In this document: positions 1 through 10,945 of the stretch, one piece after another
How positions within the stretch are numbered: position 1 is the first letter of the stretch
How the letters are laid out: the number at the start of each line of letters is the position of its first letter
Source: Fidelibacterota bacterium
GTDB lineage: Bacteria > Fidelibacterota > Marinisomatia > Marinisomatales > TCS55
NCBI GenBank assembly: GCA_046861385.1
Contig: JBHHTW010000002.1
Location: forward strand, 64,001 to 128,000
Reading direction: 5' to 3'
Length of the DNA: 64,000 bases
Notes under the pieces: model-generated
The model's database searches: none
Seen by the model: the letters and a program-made list of their open reading frames with translations, nothing else
What the model was told of the DNA's origin: nothing
Position numbers and translations under genes: made by a program

Positions 1-286
1 GAAATTAGGTAAATTACCCGTTCCCAATTTTGCAGCAGGTGGAATTGCCACACCGGCTGATGCGTCTCTTATGATGCAATTGGGTGCAGAAACGGTTTTT
101 GTTGGATCCGGCATTTTTATGAGTGAAGACCCCTCTGCCAGAGCAAAAGCAATTGTTGAGGCAGTAACGTATTACGACGATCCAAAAAAATTATCCGAAA
201 TTTCTTTTGGGCTAAAAAAAGCCATGGAAGGTTTGGAAATATCCAAAATCCCGGAGGAAGAACGTCTACAGGAACGGGGTTGGTAA
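1..286 (+). CDS. pdxS: PLP synthase lyase subunit, 3' part (truncated by window start)
   Basis: Frame 2 reads [39 protein letters not shown]...LQERGW, the PdxS C-terminus; followed by pdxT. Confidence 0.97.
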   Translation, partial: KLGKLPVPNFAAGGIATPADASLMMQLGAETVFVGSGIFMSEDPSARAKAIVEAVTYYDDPKKLSEISFGLKKAMEGLEISKIPEEERLQERGW

Positions 287-297
287 TTGGTGATAAA

Positions 298-897
298 ATG
301 AGGATTGGGGTTTTAGCTTTACAGGGCGACTATGAAAAGCATTCCAGAATTCTGGATGAACTTGGTCTGGATAATAGCCTAGTCCGATATCCTGATGAAT
401 TAAATGATATCGATGGTCTCGTTATTCCCGGTGGTGAATCAACTACGCTAACACGATTAATGATTCGAATGAATTTTTATCAAGCAATAACTGAATATGC
501 AAAAGAAAAACCCATTCTTGGAACCTGCGCAGGATTGATTATAATGGCACGGAATGTTAATCATGAACTTGTAAGGCCACTTGGATTACTTGATATTGAA
601 GTGGATCGTAATGGCTACGGCAGACAAATATATTCATTCACCGATATGCTGCCAATTCAGTTAAATAATCGTTTTGAAAAAATTCCAGCCACATTTATCC
701 GTGCACCAAAAATTGTGAAGGCAGGGAAGAATATCGAAATATTAGCTGAATCCAATGGAGAAATTTGTGCTGTAAAACAAGGCATACACTATGGATTATC
801 ATTCCATCCGGAGCTTGATGGAGTTTCCATATTTCATCGATTGGCATTTTTATCAGATTCGATTTCTCTCAATAAGGAAAAATCACATGCGGCTTGA
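298..897 (+). CDS. pdxT: PLP synthase glutaminase subunit
   Basis: IGVLALQG, PGGEST, GTCAG, FIRAP and FHPE motifs; start placed at ATG 298. Confidence 0.96.
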   Translation: MRIGVLALQGDYEKHSRILDELGLDNSLVRYPDELNDIDGLVIPGGESTTLTRLMIRMNFYQAITEYAKEKPILGTCAGLIIMARNVNHELVRPLGLLDIEVDRNGYGRQIYSFTDMLPIQLNNRFEKIPATFIRAPKIVKAGKNIEILAESNGEICAVKQGIHYGLSFHPELDGVSIFHRLAFLSDSISLNKEKSHAA

Positions 898-2782
898 ACT
901 ACTTCCAAATATAAAATCACCTGATGATATTAAAGATTTTGATATAGATCGCCTCAAGCAATTATGTGAGGAAATTCGAGAATATACAATTGATGTGGTT
1001 ACAAAGACAGGTGGTCATCTTGCGCCAACATTAGGGGTCGTGGAATTATCAGTCGCACTTCATCATGTCTTTGATACACCCAAAGACAAGTTGGTTTGGG
1101 ACGTGGGTCATCAGGGTTATGCCCATAAAATATTAACCGGACGATTTGAAGAGTTCAAAACCAACCGCCAATACAAAGGTTTGAGCGGATTTTTAAAACA
1201 GTCCGAAAGTGAATATGATGTATTCGGGGCAGGCCATGCCTCCACGTCCATATCTTCCGCATTGGGAATCGCAACAGCAAGGGATCATCATCATGATAAT
1301 TTCAGAGTTTGTGCCATTATCGGGGATGGTGCTATGACAGGGGGTCTGGCATATGAAGGGTTGAATAATGCCGGTCATCTACGGAAGCAATTACTCGTTA
1401 TACTAAATGACAATGAAATGTCTATTAGTCCGAATGTCGGGGCGATTAGAACTTATTTAACCCATATCATTACAAATCCGCTTTACAACCGTGTACGTGA
1501 CGAAATTTGGAAACTAACTGGGGGTATTCCCGGGGGTAAAAAAGTTTTTCGTGTTTTCCTCAAAAAATTGGAAGAAGGACTAAAAAGTATGATTGTACCT
1601 GGTATCATTTTTGATGAATTGGGTTTCCGTTATTTTGGTCCGATTGATGGACATAATATGGAAGAAATTGTTCATACCTTAAATAATATTAAAGATATCA
1701 AAACACCTGTACTTCTTCATGTAATTACCAAAAAGGGAAAAGGTATGGTCGTAGCGGAACAAGATCCGGTTGGCTACCATGGAGTGAAGGGAACAGTCAA
1801 ACCCAGTACAAATGGAAAACTGGTACCGGCTTCATCCATTCCGTCATTTCAAACTGTATTTGGACATTTGTCAAGAGAAGTAGCCCGGAATAACGATGAA
1901 GTGGTGTGTGTTACCGCAGCCATGCGGGAAGGAACCGGATTAGTCCCTTATGCAAAAGAATTCCCAGATCGATTTTACGATGTTGGAATCGCTGAGGGTC
2001 ATGGAATTACATTTTCAGCTGGGTTGGCTGTGGAAGGTATGCGCCCGATTTGTGCGATTTATTCAACATTTTTGCAAAGGGCTTTTGACCACATTGTTCA
2101 TGATGTAGCCATCCAGCACTTACCTGTCATCTTCTGCATGGATCGTGCAGGTATTGCAGGTGAAGATGGCCCCACACACCATGGCGCTCTAGATATTTCC
2201 TATTTGCGCTGCATTCAGGATATGATTGTTACGTCACCCAAGAACGGTGACCAGTTCAGGAATCTATTATATACTGCTTTAAACTATGAAGAAGGTCCTT
2301 TTGCCATTCGTTACCCTAAAGACAGTTCAGTGGTTTTCAATGAACATGGTCAGGCAGAATTACTCCCCATTGGGAATTGGGACATAGAAAAACATGGATC
2401 AGATGTAGTCATTTTAGTCGTTGGACCATTGGTTTATGATGCAATCCAAGCAGCTGAAAATTTTGAATCTGATGGTATAAGTTGTGAGGTGGTCAGTTGT
2501 CAATTTATTAAACCGATGGATGAAGCTTATTTACAATCAATTATAGGAAAATTTTCAATCGTATTAACGATTGAAGAAGGAGTAATAATGGGTGGTTTTG
2601 GAGACGGCGTCTCATCGTGGCTGTCTGAAAACGGATTTGGCGGCTATGTAAAGCGATTGGGGTTACCGGATAAATTTGTCGAGCATGGTCCTCGGCCTAT
2701 TCTTTTGGACAAATTGGGTTTAGATACAAACGGAATAATCAAAACCTTAAAACGCCTGGTGGCCATTTCCGCTCAAGTATAA
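887..2782 (+). CDS. dxs: 1-deoxy-D-xylulose-5-phosphate synthase
   Basis: GGHLAPTLG, WDVGHQ, GDG..N TPP motif, DRAG..GEDGPTHHG; start at ATG 887 after AAGGA. Confidence 0.97.
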   Translation: MRLELLPNIKSPDDIKDFDIDRLKQLCEEIREYTIDVVTKTGGHLAPTLGVVELSVALHHVFDTPKDKLVWDVGHQGYAHKILTGRFEEFKTNRQYKGLSGFLKQSESEYDVFGAGHASTSISSALGIATARDHHHDNFRVCAIIGDGAMTGGLAYEGLNNAGHLRKQLLVILNDNEMSISPNVGAIRTYLTHIITNPLYNRVRDEIWKLTGGIPGGKKVFRVFLKKLEEGLKSMIVPGIIFDELGFRYFGPIDGHNMEEIVHTLNNIKDIKTPVLLHVITKKGKGMVVAEQDPVGYHGVKGTVKPSTNGKLVPASSIPSFQTVFGHLSREVARNNDEVVCVTAAMREGTGLVPYAKEFPDRFYDVGIAEGHGITFSAGLAVEGMRPICAIYSTFLQRAFDHIVHDVAIQHLPVIFCMDRAGIAGEDGPTHHGALDISYLRCIQDMIVTSPKNGDQFRNLLYTALNYEEGPFAIRYPKDSSVVFNEHGQAELLPIGNWDIEKHGSDVVILVVGPLVYDAIQAAENFESDGISCEVVSCQFIKPMDEAYLQSIIGKFSIVLTIEEGVIMGGFGDGVSSWLSENGFGGYVKRLGLPDKFVEHGPRPILLDKLGLDTNGIIKTLKRLVAISAQV

Positions 2783-2789
2783 CACAAAT

Positions 2790-4520
2790 ATGAATTCAGT
2801 AACTCTTGCATTATTTGGTTTTATTGCATTTTTTCTTGGGTATCGGTTCTATTCCAAATGGTTAAGTAACCGTATTTATGACCTCAAAGAAAACATAATA
2901 ACGCCTGCACACGAGTTCCGGGATAATATTGACTTCCTTCCCACAAAGAAACACATATTATTCGGACATCATTTTACTTCTATTGCAGGTGCAGCACCAA
3001 TTATTGGTCCATGTGTCGCAGCTTATTGGGGGTGGCTTCCCGCCATTTTATGGATAGTATTAGGAACTGTATTCATCGGTGCAGTTCATGATTTTGGTGC
3101 ATTAGTTATTAGTGTAAAAGAAAAGGGGAAAAGTATAGCGGATATTTCTGGAAAAATCCTGAATGGTCGTATTCGAATTCTCTTTTTAATATTTATTATT
3201 TTACTCATTTGGCTGGTATTGGCTGTATTCGCTATGGCAATCGCTGATTTATTTGTTGCCGTCCCAACATCAGTTTTACCTATCAATATAGAGATTATTA
3301 TTGCAATCTGTATTGGCTGGCTGATTTATAAAAAGCAAATGGGAGTATTCATGCCGTCGCTGGCAGCATTAATTTTACTCTACATTTTTATTTGGTTTGG
3401 ATCGCAAAATCCATTGAGCTTTGAATCCGTGGGATTCAGCAAGGTTCAGGCGACAAATACTTGGGTGATTTTATTATTTATTTACTCAGGAATCGCATCG
3501 ATGCTACCAGTTTGGTTTTTGCTTCAACCAAGAGATTATATAAACAGCCATCAGCTCATCGTTGGACTTGCTCTATTATATATCGGCGTTTTTGTGGCAC
3601 ATCCTGTGCTGGATGCGCCCGCATGGCACCTTGCCCAGGATAGTCCACCCATTTTTCCATTATTGTTTGTGACCATCGCTTGTGGAGCCATCAGTGGATT
3701 CCATGGATTGGTTTCATCCGGCACTTCCTCAAAGCAATTGAATCAATTATCCGATGCAAGAATGGTGGGATATGGAGGTGCCGTCGGTGAAGGGACATTG
3801 GCATTGGCTTCAACGATTGCAGCAGTCGCAGGAATTTCTTTGGTTGGTCAGTGCAGCCTTCCAGCTGTAGGAAGCGTTGTGGACTTAAATTGGTCAGTTT
3901 ATTATGATACGTGGGCACATGCATCTGGGAATAAAGCAGCTGCCTTTGTTTTGGGTGGGGGCGCATTAATCGAATCATTAGGGTTGTCATCCAACTTGGC
4001 AACAACTCTCATGGCTGTATTGGTCATATCTTTTGCTGCGACAACTTTAGACACAGCCACACGTATCCAGCGGTTTATTCTGGCAGAATTGGGAATTGTT
4101 TTAAATGTCAAACCCCTAAAAAATAAGTTTATCGCTACATTTCTTGCCATCATTCCGGCCATGCTTCTCGTTTTCACAAATGTGCCGGATCCAGGTACCG
4201 GAGTAGTTAAACAGACTGGTTGGGTACTCTGGCCTATTTTTGGCGCGAGTAATCAGATGCTGGCTGGGTTGACACTTATGACTTTAACATTGTATTTCTA
4301 CATGCGTAAAAAGCCAATATTCCCATTATTAATTCCAATGCTATTCATCATGGGAATCACTATTTACTCCTTATGGATAAAAGCAATACAATTTTATGGA
4401 TCTAATTCACTCTTATTTTCTTTAAATGTACTCTTAATATGCTTAATTCTTTGGATGATTATTGAAGGTATTGTGATCGTTTTTAATAAGGTAAAAAAGA
4501 ACGAATTAAAAAACAAATAA
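2790..4520 (+). CDS. cstA: Carbon starvation CstA-family transporter
   Basis: GHHFTSIAGAAPIIGP, LLQPRDYIN, IACGAISGFH, WPIFGASNQML; many TM segments. Confidence 0.92.
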   Translation: MNSVTLALFGFIAFFLGYRFYSKWLSNRIYDLKENIITPAHEFRDNIDFLPTKKHILFGHHFTSIAGAAPIIGPCVAAYWGWLPAILWIVLGTVFIGAVHDFGALVISVKEKGKSIADISGKILNGRIRILFLIFIILLIWLVLAVFAMAIADLFVAVPTSVLPINIEIIIAICIGWLIYKKQMGVFMPSLAALILLYIFIWFGSQNPLSFESVGFSKVQATNTWVILLFIYSGIASMLPVWFLLQPRDYINSHQLIVGLALLYIGVFVAHPVLDAPAWHLAQDSPPIFPLLFVTIACGAISGFHGLVSSGTSSKQLNQLSDARMVGYGGAVGEGTLALASTIAAVAGISLVGQCSLPAVGSVVDLNWSVYYDTWAHASGNKAAAFVLGGGALIESLGLSSNLATTLMAVLVISFAATTLDTATRIQRFILAELGIVLNVKPLKNKFIATFLAIIPAMLLVFTNVPDPGTGVVKQTGWVLWPIFGASNQMLAGLTLMTLTLYFYMRKKPIFPLLIPMLFIMGITIYSLWIKAIQFYGSNSLLFSLNVLLICLILWMIIEGIVIVFNKVKKNELKNK

Positions 4521-4574
4521 CGTACCGATATATCTCGATATGGAGCTAATTTACCCGCTTGTATTACGTGCAAA

Positions 4575-6233
4575 ATGGACGAACAATTAAATATTTTTCG
4601 TGATGCTGAACATACCTGGCAAGAAGATGTTAATTCATCTGAAAGTCGCCAGTATAGTTTTGATACCCTCAGTGGTGAACATTTAGACCCGCTTTATTAT
4701 CCGAATAAATATATAAAAGGATACTTGGAAAAGCAGGGATTTCCTGGTCAGTTTCCGTTCACTCGTGGTATACATGCGAATATGTACCGTGGAAAACTGT
4801 GGACAATGCGACAATTTGCCGGTTTTGGAACCCCAGAAGAAACCAATAAAAGATATCATTATTTATTAGAGAGCGGTCAGACAGGATTATCAGTTGCATA
4901 CGACATGCCCACTCTGATGGGTTATGACCCAGATCACCCTTTTGCAGCAGGTGAGGTTGGAAAATGCGGAGTCAATGTTTCGTCGTTGTTGGATATGGAG
5001 CGGTTATTTGATGGAATTAATTTGAGTGATATTTCAGTTTCTCAAACGATTAATGGGCCTGCAGTCATTTTACTGGCGTTTTATATTGCTGTAGCTGAAA
5101 ATCAAAATGTTCCATTGGAGAACCTTCGAGGCACCCTTCAAAATGATATTTTGAAAGAATTTATTGCTCAGAAAGAATGGATTTTCCCTCCGGAACCTTC
5201 CATGCGAATTATTACGGACATGATGAAATATTGCTCAAAACATATGCCCAAATTCAACACCATTTCTATTAGCGGTTACCACATTAGGGAAGCTGGTTCT
5301 ACCGCCGCACAGGAATTAGCATTTACGCTTGCAGATGGATTTTGTTACGTGGATTACGCAATAAAAGCCGGTTTAGATATCGATGAGTTTGCTCCTCGTC
5401 TATCCTTTTTCTTTAATTCCCACTTGGATTTTTTTGAAGAGATAGCCAAGTTTCGAGCTGCGCGTCGAATTTGGGCAAGATATATGAAAGAAAAATATGG
5501 TGCAGAGAATTCAAAATCGTGGAAATTGCGATTTCATACCCAAACAGCAGGATGTTCTTTAACGGCACAGCAGCCGGAGATAAATATTGCAAGAACTGCT
5601 TTCCAGGCAATGGCCGGCGTATTAGGCGGAACTCAATCTCTCCATACGAACTCTATGGATGAGACCTTGGCATTACCGTCAAAAAAAGCTGCAGAAATTG
5701 CATTGCGTACGCAACAGCTTATCGCATATGAAACGGGTGTTGCAAACATTACCGACCCGATGGGAGGATCCTGGCTTATAGAAGAATTGACGGATCGACT
5801 GGAAAAGAAAGCGGAAGACTATTTTAAAAAAATTGATGAAATAGGAGGTGTAATACCTGCAATTGAGAAGGGATTTTTTCAAAGAGAAATTGCTCAATCC
5901 GCGTCAGATTATCAGCGCAAGGTGGACAGTAAACAACGAATTGTTGTTGGTGTGAACGCCTATGTAAAGAAAGATGAAGAAATTGATATACCCATTTTAG
6001 AAATTGGAGATGAGGTATACAGTCTACAACTCAAGTCATTGAATAAATTAAAAGCAAAAAGAAACGAAAAAGAGGTTCAACAAGCATTGTCTAATATCAC
6101 AGATGCTTGCGGGACAAAAAATAATTTAATTGAACCAATCATAAAAGCTGCCAAAGCCTATGCGACATTAGGTGAAATTGTCACCTCATTAAAAGCAGAA
6201 TTCGGCGAATGGCAGGAAGCAGCGGTATTTTAA
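4575..6233 (+). CDS. B12-dependent acyl-CoA mutase large (substrate-binding) subunit with isobutyryl-CoA-mutase-type residues
   Basis: Mutase motifs (RGTLQNDILKE, SISGYHIREAG, GGTQSLHTN); 552 aa with no B12-binding domain; WTMRQF and EFIAQKEW. Confidence 0.9.
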   Translation: MDEQLNIFRDAEHTWQEDVNSSESRQYSFDTLSGEHLDPLYYPNKYIKGYLEKQGFPGQFPFTRGIHANMYRGKLWTMRQFAGFGTPEETNKRYHYLLESGQTGLSVAYDMPTLMGYDPDHPFAAGEVGKCGVNVSSLLDMERLFDGINLSDISVSQTINGPAVILLAFYIAVAENQNVPLENLRGTLQNDILKEFIAQKEWIFPPEPSMRIITDMMKYCSKHMPKFNTISISGYHIREAGSTAAQELAFTLADGFCYVDYAIKAGLDIDEFAPRLSFFFNSHLDFFEEIAKFRAARRIWARYMKEKYGAENSKSWKLRFHTQTAGCSLTAQQPEINIARTAFQAMAGVLGGTQSLHTNSMDETLALPSKKAAEIALRTQQLIAYETGVANITDPMGGSWLIEELTDRLEKKAEDYFKKIDEIGGVIPAIEKGFFQREIAQSASDYQRKVDSKQRIVVGVNAYVKKDEEIDIPILEIGDEVYSLQLKSLNKLKAKRNEKEVQQALSNITDACGTKNNLIEPIIKAAKAYATLGEIVTSLKAEFGEWQEAAVF

Positions 6234-6234
6234 A

Positions 6235-6669
6235 ATGGAATCAAAAAACAAATTTTATTTTGCAATTGCGATAGTAGGAATTGTCGTAATCTTCTGGATT
6301 TGGTGGGCGTCGTCCAATCCAGTAAATGAACAAGCCTTAGTCACGTTTCTATCAGTAGAAGAATTGATGGATGATGGAATTTCTGACCGGGTCCGATTAG
6401 GCGGATTAGTCGAGGATGGATCCATCCAATTAAATGAAGACAATTTCATGATATGTAACTTCGAGCTAAAAGAAGGAGACTATAATTTGCCTGTGAAATA
6501 TACAGGAGTTCGTCCGGATTTATTCAAAGATGGCGCAGAAGTTATTGTGGAAGGAAATTATAAAAATGGTGTATTTGTTGCAGATGTTTTGCAAACCAAA
6601 TGTGCTTCAAGGTATGAAGGTGATTTAAGGGATGCTGACAGTAACAATGCAAAAGAAGAGTCTATATGA
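6235..6669 (+). CDS. ccmE: Cytochrome c maturation heme chaperone, CxxxY variant
   Basis: N-terminal TM, VRLGGLV, PDLFKDG, TKCASRY; upstream of ccmF. Confidence 0.93.
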   Translation: MESKNKFYFAIAIVGIVVIFWIWWASSNPVNEQALVTFLSVEELMDDGISDRVRLGGLVEDGSIQLNEDNFMICNFELKEGDYNLPVKYTGVRPDLFKDGAEVIVEGNYKNGVFVADVLQTKCASRYEGDLRDADSNNAKEESI

Positions 6670-8639
6670 TTCCAGTTATCGGTGGTCTGGCCCTTAATCT
6701 AGCCTTAGGCCTTTCTATTATCACTATTATCCTTCTTTCTTTTCATCTTTACGCCGGGGATAACCGCTTGTATTTATCCGGTCAACGTGCGGCACTGGCA
6801 GTTTCTTTTGTAAGTATGTTTGCAACAATGGTTCTAGTACAATTGTTAATGACAAGCAATTTTGACGTAGATTACGTTGCCCATTATACAAGTCTGGAAA
6901 CTCCAACCATTTTTAAAATAACAGCACTTTGGGCAGGTCAGGCAGGATCTTTGTTATTTTGGCTGTTTATCCTTTCCGTATATGCTGTAATTGCCATATT
7001 ACAAAATCAGCGATCCCAACAAAGATTAATGCCCTGGGTCATGATCATTATTACTGCAGTCCAATTATTTTTTCTTATTTTAGTTAATTATGTTACCAAT
7101 CCTTTTAAACCGACAGAAGCAGATTTTACGATTATAAACGGGCTCGGTTTGAACCCTCTTTTACAAAATGCAACCATGGCAATTCACCCACCCATGTTGT
7201 ATTTAGGATTTGTAGGATTTACAATTCCATTTGCATTTTCAATTGCAGGAATGGCTCAAAAGGAAATGAATGCATTATGGATGAGGACAGTAAGAATTTG
7301 GCTCCTTTTCGTGTGGTTAATGCTAAGTATTGGGATCATTTTAGGTGGTTGGTGGGCATATCAAGAACTTGGATGGGGAGGATATTGGGCTTGGGACCCT
7401 GTTGAAAATGCCTCATTTATGCCGTGGCTGACTGGAACAGCTTTACTTCATTCAATCATTATCCAAGAAAAGAAAAACATGCTGAAATTCTGGAATATGA
7501 TTCTCATCATCATCACATTCACACTGTGCATTTTCGGTACTTTTTTAACTCGAAGCGGTATTATGTCTTCTGTGCATTCATTTACTGCTTCCTCTCTGGG
7601 GCCAATATTCATCAGTTTTGTTATATTAATATTTATCGGATCATTTTCCCTTCTATTTTTCCGAAGAAAGTTTCTTCAAACTGAGAAACGAATCGAATCG
7701 TTTACATCAAGAGAAAGCGGGTTTTTGTTTAATAACGTTATTTTTGTCGTTATGTGCTTTGCTGTATTCTGGGGGACATTATTCCCAGTCATTTCAGAAG
7801 CGGTGAGGGGAACAAAAATCACAGTTGGAGCGCCATTTTTTAATCAAGTAAATATTCCTATCGGTTTGATTCTTTTATTCTTAACCGGCGTTGGACCTCT
7901 GCTGGTATGGCGCCGAACATCGTCACAAAGTATGATTCGTAATTTTACCATTCCCATAACGATGGGGATGATAACTGCATTCATACTATTTTTGCTGAAA
8001 ATACGAGGATATGTATTGATTTCATTCTCATTATCTTCATTTGTACTTACTACAATTTTAATGGAATTTGCAAAAGGGATACGATCAAGAATGAAATCCC
8101 ATAATGAGAACTTGATTCTGGCATTTTGGCATTTAATACGTAAGAATCGCAGTCGATATGGTGGTTATATTGTTCATATTGGAGTTGTACTCATGTTTGT
8201 CGGGTTTACCGGACATGCGTTTGATAGCGAGAAGGAATTTGGACTCAAGATTGGCGGGAAAGAACATTTAGATCATTATCGGTTTGAATTATTAAGAATT
8301 AGCGAACAGGAACTTCCAAATTACTACACCTGGATCGCTGACTTAAAGCTATCGGACGATGATGGAAAAACTATCACAATTTTGCATCCTGAAAAGAGAA
8401 TATATTTTCACAACAATCCTGATCCAAATCGACGCCAGCCGCATAGTGAATTGGATATTTATAACCAAATAAATCTTGATGTTTATTCAATATTCAACGG
8501 TATTGATTTAGAAAATGAGGTTGCATATTTTAAAATAATGATTAATCCACTAGTGAATTGGGTTTGGATCGGTGGATACATTTTTGTATTAGGCACATTA
8601 ATTGCCCTTTTTCCAACCAGGAAGGGAGAATCTATATGA
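6666..8639 (+). CDS. ccmF: Cytochrome c heme lyase
   Basis: WAGQAGSLLFW, HPPMLY, WGGYWAWDPVENASFMPW, SVHSF. Confidence 0.97.
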   Translation: MIPVIGGLALNLALGLSIITIILLSFHLYAGDNRLYLSGQRAALAVSFVSMFATMVLVQLLMTSNFDVDYVAHYTSLETPTIFKITALWAGQAGSLLFWLFILSVYAVIAILQNQRSQQRLMPWVMIIITAVQLFFLILVNYVTNPFKPTEADFTIINGLGLNPLLQNATMAIHPPMLYLGFVGFTIPFAFSIAGMAQKEMNALWMRTVRIWLLFVWLMLSIGIILGGWWAYQELGWGGYWAWDPVENASFMPWLTGTALLHSIIIQEKKNMLKFWNMILIIITFTLCIFGTFLTRSGIMSSVHSFTASSLGPIFISFVILIFIGSFSLLFFRRKFLQTEKRIESFTSRESGFLFNNVIFVVMCFAVFWGTLFPVISEAVRGTKITVGAPFFNQVNIPIGLILLFLTGVGPLLVWRRTSSQSMIRNFTIPITMGMITAFILFLLKIRGYVLISFSLSSFVLTTILMEFAKGIRSRMKSHNENLILAFWHLIRKNRSRYGGYIVHIGVVLMFVGFTGHAFDSEKEFGLKIGGKEHLDHYRFELLRISEQELPNYYTWIADLKLSDDDGKTITILHPEKRIYFHNNPDPNRRQPHSELDIYNQINLDVYSIFNGIDLENEVAYFKIMINPLVNWVWIGGYIFVLGTLIALFPTRKGESI

Positions 8640-8905
8640 TTAGTTCTATTATTGTTTTTTTTATTTTCATTTTGGTTGCTATATATATCACACAACCACT
8701 TTTGTTTAAGAATGATATCACCATAAAAGACACCGGCAACACAAAAGAATCTTTTTTACAAAGAAAAAAGATTTTATATAGACAAATTAAAGAACTTGAT
8801 ATGGATTATCAGCTTGGCAATTTGCAGGAAGGGGATTATATAACTTCTCGGAATGATTTAAAAAAAGAAGTGTCAGAGATTTTGTCAGTATTAAATAAAA
8901 AATGA
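8636..8905 (+). CDS. Small membrane protein, resembles CcmI N-terminal region
   Basis: ATGA overlap with ccmF; one TM followed by LYRQIKELDMDYQLG. Confidence 0.6.
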   Translation: MISSIIVFFIFILVAIYITQPLLFKNDITIKDTGNTKESFLQRKKILYRQIKELDMDYQLGNLQEGDYITSRNDLKKEVSEILSVLNKK

Positions 8906-8917
8906 TAAATTAATATT

Positions 8918-9604
8918 TTGCTTACTGTTTCAAATATTCAAAAGTCCTTCAATTATAAAACAGTACTAAATGATATTAGCTTTTCATTTTCTAATGGGGA
9001 CACGGTTGCCCTATTGGGAAAAAACGGAGTAGGTAAATCCACATTATTAAGAATAATTGCCAAAATAAATGCGCCCGATAAAGGTAAAGTGAATTTTCTG
9101 AATAATAATATCCTTAAGCGCAAATCATCTACTCGAAAAGGTATCTATTATTGCGGTCACGCTCCTGGTTTATACCCTTCTTTAACTGCCGAAGAAAATA
9201 TACATTATTTTTCCTTGTTTTATCAAACGGCACCTTCATCAAGTCTCATCAGGAAAACCTTAGTAGATTATGAATTATTGAATGCGATCCACAAACCGGT
9301 TAAATTTTATTCGCAAGGGATGATACAGCGGTTAAAATTGGCGTTTGTTGAAATGATTCATTGGAAACTGCTTCTGATTGATGAACCGTTTACGGGTCTG
9401 GATATTTCTGGGAGCGATTTCGTGCAGGAAAAATTTATTACATGGCAAGACGGTGAGCGCGTAATTATATTTGTGGACCATAACCTTGATCGAGCGCTGG
9501 GTAATAGTTCCCGGGTTTTATTAATAGATAAAGGTAAAATTGCCGTCGATGAAGCATCTAACACAAACGGTTTAATGGATAAAATATCCAGTTTGATGCG
9601 TTAA
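8918..9604 (+). CDS. ccmA: Heme export ABC ATPase
   Basis: Walker A GKNGVGKST, YSQGM signature, IDEP; ccm context. Confidence 0.88.
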   Translation: MLTVSNIQKSFNYKTVLNDISFSFSNGDTVALLGKNGVGKSTLLRIIAKINAPDKGKVNFLNNNILKRKSSTRKGIYYCGHAPGLYPSLTAEENIHYFSLFYQTAPSSSLIRKTLVDYELLNAIHKPVKFYSQGMIQRLKLAFVEMIHWKLLLIDEPFTGLDISGSDFVQEKFITWQDGERVIIFVDHNLDRALGNSSRVLLIDKGKIAVDEASNTNGLMDKISSLMR

Positions 9605-9605
9605 T

Positions 9606-10268
9606 ATGCTAAGGGTATTAATCAAAAAGGAGTTATTTGTTGAGTTGCGCAATAAGGAAGTCGTCTTTTCGATGTTGGCATTTGGCTCTTCAGTATTACT
9701 CATTTTCTCTTTCTCCCTGAGCGGAAACCCCAAATTAACGCATGAAATCGCTCCGGGATTATTTTGGACGTTAATACTTTTAAGTTCTTCATTGGGACTG
9801 CACAGAATGTTTGGTATAGAGAAGGATTTTGATGCGTTTTCAAGCTTAATTGCCAGTCCAATCGATCGAAGTATCATTTTTATGTCAAAATGGATCAGCG
9901 GGTTTATTTACTTATCACTCACTGAATTACTCATTATTGTTCCATTCTTCCTTTTTTTAGGATTATCAAAACCAATGACAGTATTACCAGGATTAGGAAT
10001 TGTATTATGCGGTAATTTGGGCATTACGGCTGTTGGCGTTCTTATATCCGGTATAGCAATGCGGGCTCGGATGAGTGCGGTGTTATTACCCGTATTATTA
10101 TTTCCATTATTAACACCTTTGTTAATTGCATGTGTTAAATCTACTGTGGGCTGGTTTCAAGGAAAGCCTTTTGAATTTTTTCAAATTTGGGTAATGATTA
10201 TGATTACGTATGTTGTAATTTTCGGCCTCGCAGGATATACCTTATTTGATCAAATCACAGAAGAATAA
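9606..10268 (+). CDS. ccmB: Heme export permease
   Basis: Multi-TM protein, LLPVLLFPLLTP motif, between ccmA and ccmC. Confidence 0.9.
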   Translation: MLRVLIKKELFVELRNKEVVFSMLAFGSSVLLIFSFSLSGNPKLTHEIAPGLFWTLILLSSSLGLHRMFGIEKDFDAFSSLIASPIDRSIIFMSKWISGFIYLSLTELLIIVPFFLFLGLSKPMTVLPGLGIVLCGNLGITAVGVLISGIAMRARMSAVLLPVLLFPLLTPLLIACVKSTVGWFQGKPFEFFQIWVMIMITYVVIFGLAGYTLFDQITEE

Positions 10269-10945
10269 TGTCAAGTTTACTTTCAGATAGAATATCAAAA
10301 ATACTTTTTATTGTCATAGCAGTATGCATGGCAATTAATCTATATGTAATATTTGCGATAACACCCATGGTTCCAGAACAACACTGGGCTCAAAAAATAT
10401 TTTATGTCCATGTTCCTATTGCCTGGTCGGGCTTCTTGTCATATTTTATTGTTATGGTTACTGGAATCTTGTTTTTGATAAAAAAAGACAGTAAATGGGA
10501 CAGAATTGGATTGGCGGCGGCAGAACTTGGAACAATGTTCGTTGTGCTGGTATTAATTACCGGTCCAATCTGGGCGACACCCATTTGGGGAAAACCTTGG
10601 ATATGGGAACCTCGACTGACAACAACCTTAATTTTATTTTTAATTTATATCGGATATTTTATGTTTCGGAAATTTGGTGGACATCCTGAACGTGTAGCTC
10701 GCATTGCTGCCGTAATAGGAATTATTGCATTTCTTGATGTACCACTCATATTTTATTCCGTAAAATTTTGGACGCCCCAGTTTCAACTTCATCCACAGGT
10801 GGAAATGAATCAGCAGCCTGGAGGTATATTACTTCCATTTCTGTTTTCAATGATGGTTTTTACATCTTTATTAATATTAATGATTCGAATAAGATTTCAA
10901 ATTCTTACTTTAAGGCAAAAATTATTAACTGAAGAGAATGTATAA
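10268..10945 (+). CDS. ccmC: Heme delivery protein
   Basis: IFYVHVP and WWD-type motif TGPIWATPIWGKPWIWEPRLT. Confidence 0.93.
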   Translation: MSSLLSDRISKILFIVIAVCMAINLYVIFAITPMVPEQHWAQKIFYVHVPIAWSGFLSYFIVMVTGILFLIKKDSKWDRIGLAAAELGTMFVVLVLITGPIWATPIWGKPWIWEPRLTTTLILFLIYIGYFMFRKFGGHPERVARIAAVIGIIAFLDVPLIFYSVKFWTPQFQLHPQVEMNQQPGGILLPFLFSMMVFTSLLILMIRIRFQILTLRQKLLTEENV

